Shown one piece after another: positions 44,723-46,262 of a stretch of 46,262 nt of DNA. Within the stretch, counting starts at the first letter, position 1, and each line of letters opens with the position of its first letter. The stretch spans positions 1 to 46,262 of the IMG/VR virus record IMGVR_UViG_3300010048_000007. One strand, written 5' to 3'. The notes under the pieces were generated by a model that worked only from the letters and a program-made list of their open reading frames with translations, ran no database searches and had not been told where the DNA came from. Made by a program: the position numbers and the translations under genes. This DNA comes from a virus. Taxonomy: Duplodnaviria; Caudoviricetes.

Positions 44723-44937
44723 CAGGCGTCCTCGGCGATCTTGCCCCAGGTCGCCTTGTCCTCGTCGGACAGGCTCTCCCACGGCGCATTGGCGGCCGGG
44801 GCCGCGTGCTTGATGTAGCTCTCATAGAGCTTCTTGCCGGCCGCCTCAGACGCCGCTTGCTGGCGGGCCGACGGTGCGGGCGCCGAATCCGGCTCGTGCG
44901 CCGAGGGCATTGATCTCGAGCTGCTCTCAGCCATCAC
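44722..44937 (-). CDS. Hypothetical protein
   Basis: 71 aa coupled ORF, PWESLSDEDKATW motif. Confidence 0.55.
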   Translation of the reverse strand: MMAESSSRSMPSAHEPDSAPAPSARQQAASEAAGKKLYESYIKHAAPAANAPWESLSDEDKATWGKIAEDA

Positions 44938-45320
44938 CCACCTCCAGAAGTCCAGGCCTGCAGGATGGGCAGGGCGGTTGCGAGTTGTGCGTCAAGATCA
45001 CCGGCCATCGACGCGGGACCGCCACCAACTGGCGCGGTGTTGACGCCATGCAAGGCCAGCCGCAGGTTTGCCTGCGTCAGCGGATAGCCGCCCGGCACCA
45101 GGATGCCGACCGGGCCGGGACCCACCGGCCAACCGCCGGTCGTCGCCATCGGCGAGAGGCCGGCGATACCACCGAGCAGCGTCCCACCGGTACCGACCAC
45201 GTTCACCTGCGGACCCGGCTGCGGCCGGAATACACGCTTCTGCGCCCCGGCCTGGGTCATTGCCCCGGCGCCGTCCGGGTACCAAGCGCAAGTAAGCTCG
45301 TACTGAAGAAAGTAGGCCAT
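44934..45320 (-). CDS. Putative capsid-associated protein
   Basis: AGGAG RBS, immediately after the capsid gene. Confidence 0.6.
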   Translation of the reverse strand: MAYFLQYELTCAWYPDGAGAMTQAGAQKRVFRPQPGPQVNVVGTGGTLLGGIAGLSPMATTGGWPVGPGPVGILVPGGYPLTQANLRLALHGVNTAPVGGGPASMAGDLDAQLATALPILQAWTSGGG

Positions 45321-45329
45321 GCGGACTCC

Positions 45330-46139
45330 TTACCCGAAGGTCGCGCTAAACGCCGAGGCGCACTCAATGCGCGCTACGAAGTTGGAGTTGAGGATCATCG
45401 CGCCGATGAATGCTTTCCACGCCGCGGTGCGCAGCTGGTTTACCGGGTCGATCTTCTCGGCGGCGTTCAGATAGCTGTATTCGATGTTTTCGAGCTCGAC
45501 GACGGCGAAGGCGCCCTGGCCGAAGACGAAGACCGTGTGCACCGTTACGCCGACAGCGGGCGAGGCGGGCGGCACCTGCGGCATGCCGATGCCGGTGAGG
45601 TTTACCGTCGTGTTGCTGGGTAACTGCACGGCCTGACCGGCAAGCGGACCCGAGGTCGGACCGCCCGGGATGCCGGTGGCCAGCGCCAGGGCCTGTGGGC
45701 TCGTCGTCAGCCCAACATAGACGTTCCAAGTATAGCCAGCCACGTTTGGGGTGGTGATCGGGATGTTCTGGCCCGCGGTTACCGCGGTACCGGCCGAGAC
45801 CGCGCAGATGTAGGATTCGTACTGATTCTGCGTGTCCGAGCCGGTGACGATAACGAAGTAAGTGCCGGCGGCAAATCCCGATCCGGTTCCGGTTGGGGTT
45901 CCGACAGTATATGCAGTGTTAGCAGCACCGAAGAAACTTGGCGTCATATTAGAGCGGCAGAAGCGAATACTACTCCACTCCCCAACTTCATTATTATAAA
46001 GTCTATTTATGTCGGAGTAGGACCAAGCATTGACAATCGTCGGGTTCTGCCGCAGGTCCGCGAGGGCGAGACCACGACCTACTGCCACGTAATGCTCATT
46101 GGCGCGTGGGTTCGTCGATGCTCTAGATCCGCCCTCGCG
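45330..46139 (-). CDS. Major capsid protein, 3' part, with inserted beta-rich domain
   Basis: In frame with 552..1 (...KTDI|REGGSRASTNPRANEHYVAVGRG...); motifs LYNNEVGEW, VFGQGAF, DPVNQLRTAAWK. Confidence 0.88.
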   Translation of the reverse strand, partial: REGGSRASTNPRANEHYVAVGRGLALADLRQNPTIVNAWSYSDINRLYNNEVGEWSSIRFCRSNMTPSFFGAANTAYTVGTPTGTGSGFAAGTYFVIVTGSDTQNQYESYICAVSAGTAVTAGQNIPITTPNVAGYTWNVYVGLTTSPQALALATGIPGGPTSGPLAGQAVQLPSNTTVNLTGIGMPQVPPASPAVGVTVHTVFVFGQGAFAVVELENIEYSYLNAAEKIDPVNQLRTAAWKAFIGAMILNSNFVARIECASAFSATFG

Positions 46140-46262
46140 GATATCGGTCTTGATTTGCGGCTCGGTCGACGCGTCAAAATAGGGGGCGCCGATGTCATCG
46201 AGCGCCGCCTGGGTTCGAATGATCGTGTAGGGATCGAGGACGTCGCCGGCAACGAGGTTGGC
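46140..46262. repeat. 123-bp direct terminal repeat (right copy)
   Basis: identical to 1-123; unique genome length 46139 bp. Confidence 0.97.

Noticed and set aside
45330-46088. 252-aa ORF as a stand-alone or truncated capsid gene
   Set aside because: It is the 3' part of an intact ORF that starts at 552 and crosses the junction
1-46262. CRISPR array, tRNA or rRNA genes
   Set aside because: No regularly spaced repeats or cloverleaf-like sequences noticed by eye; a tRNAscan/Infernal run would be needed to exclude them fully

Overview
Apparently complete, circularly assembled ~46.14 kb tailed-phage genome: positions 1-123 repeat exactly at 46140-46262, and the major capsid gene runs across the junction. 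The architecture is podovirus-like: terminase, portal, scaffold, N4-gp56-type capsid, adaptor, nozzle and three ejection proteins, one with a lytic-transglycosylase motif. There is a small lambdoid-style early region (DUF1376 initiator, Cro/YdaS, RecE-like nuclease, Sak4, Hjc-like resolvase). I recognise no integrase, CI, DNA polymerase or holin-endolysin. A SciP/DUF1153 homolog and near-consensus CtrA boxes point to an alphaproteobacterial host. The most striking feature is ten tail-fibre or adhesin-like late proteins, including an S74-chaperone fibre and GH16/GH26-like modular proteins. All ten start with Sec-type signal peptides and all have an even number of cysteines in the mature part, which suggests an exported, disulfide-folded receptor-binding apparatus. 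Scars of glycosidase-domain swapping are visible in this array. Other candidates are a Cys/Gly/Ser/Asp-rich peptide plus DUF1399-like enzyme pair where CI should be, a PurD-like ATP-grasp ligase closing the virion operon, and an antisense RHH/HTH/ParB-like cassette between portal and scaffold. All family calls come from motif recognition by eye, not database searches.
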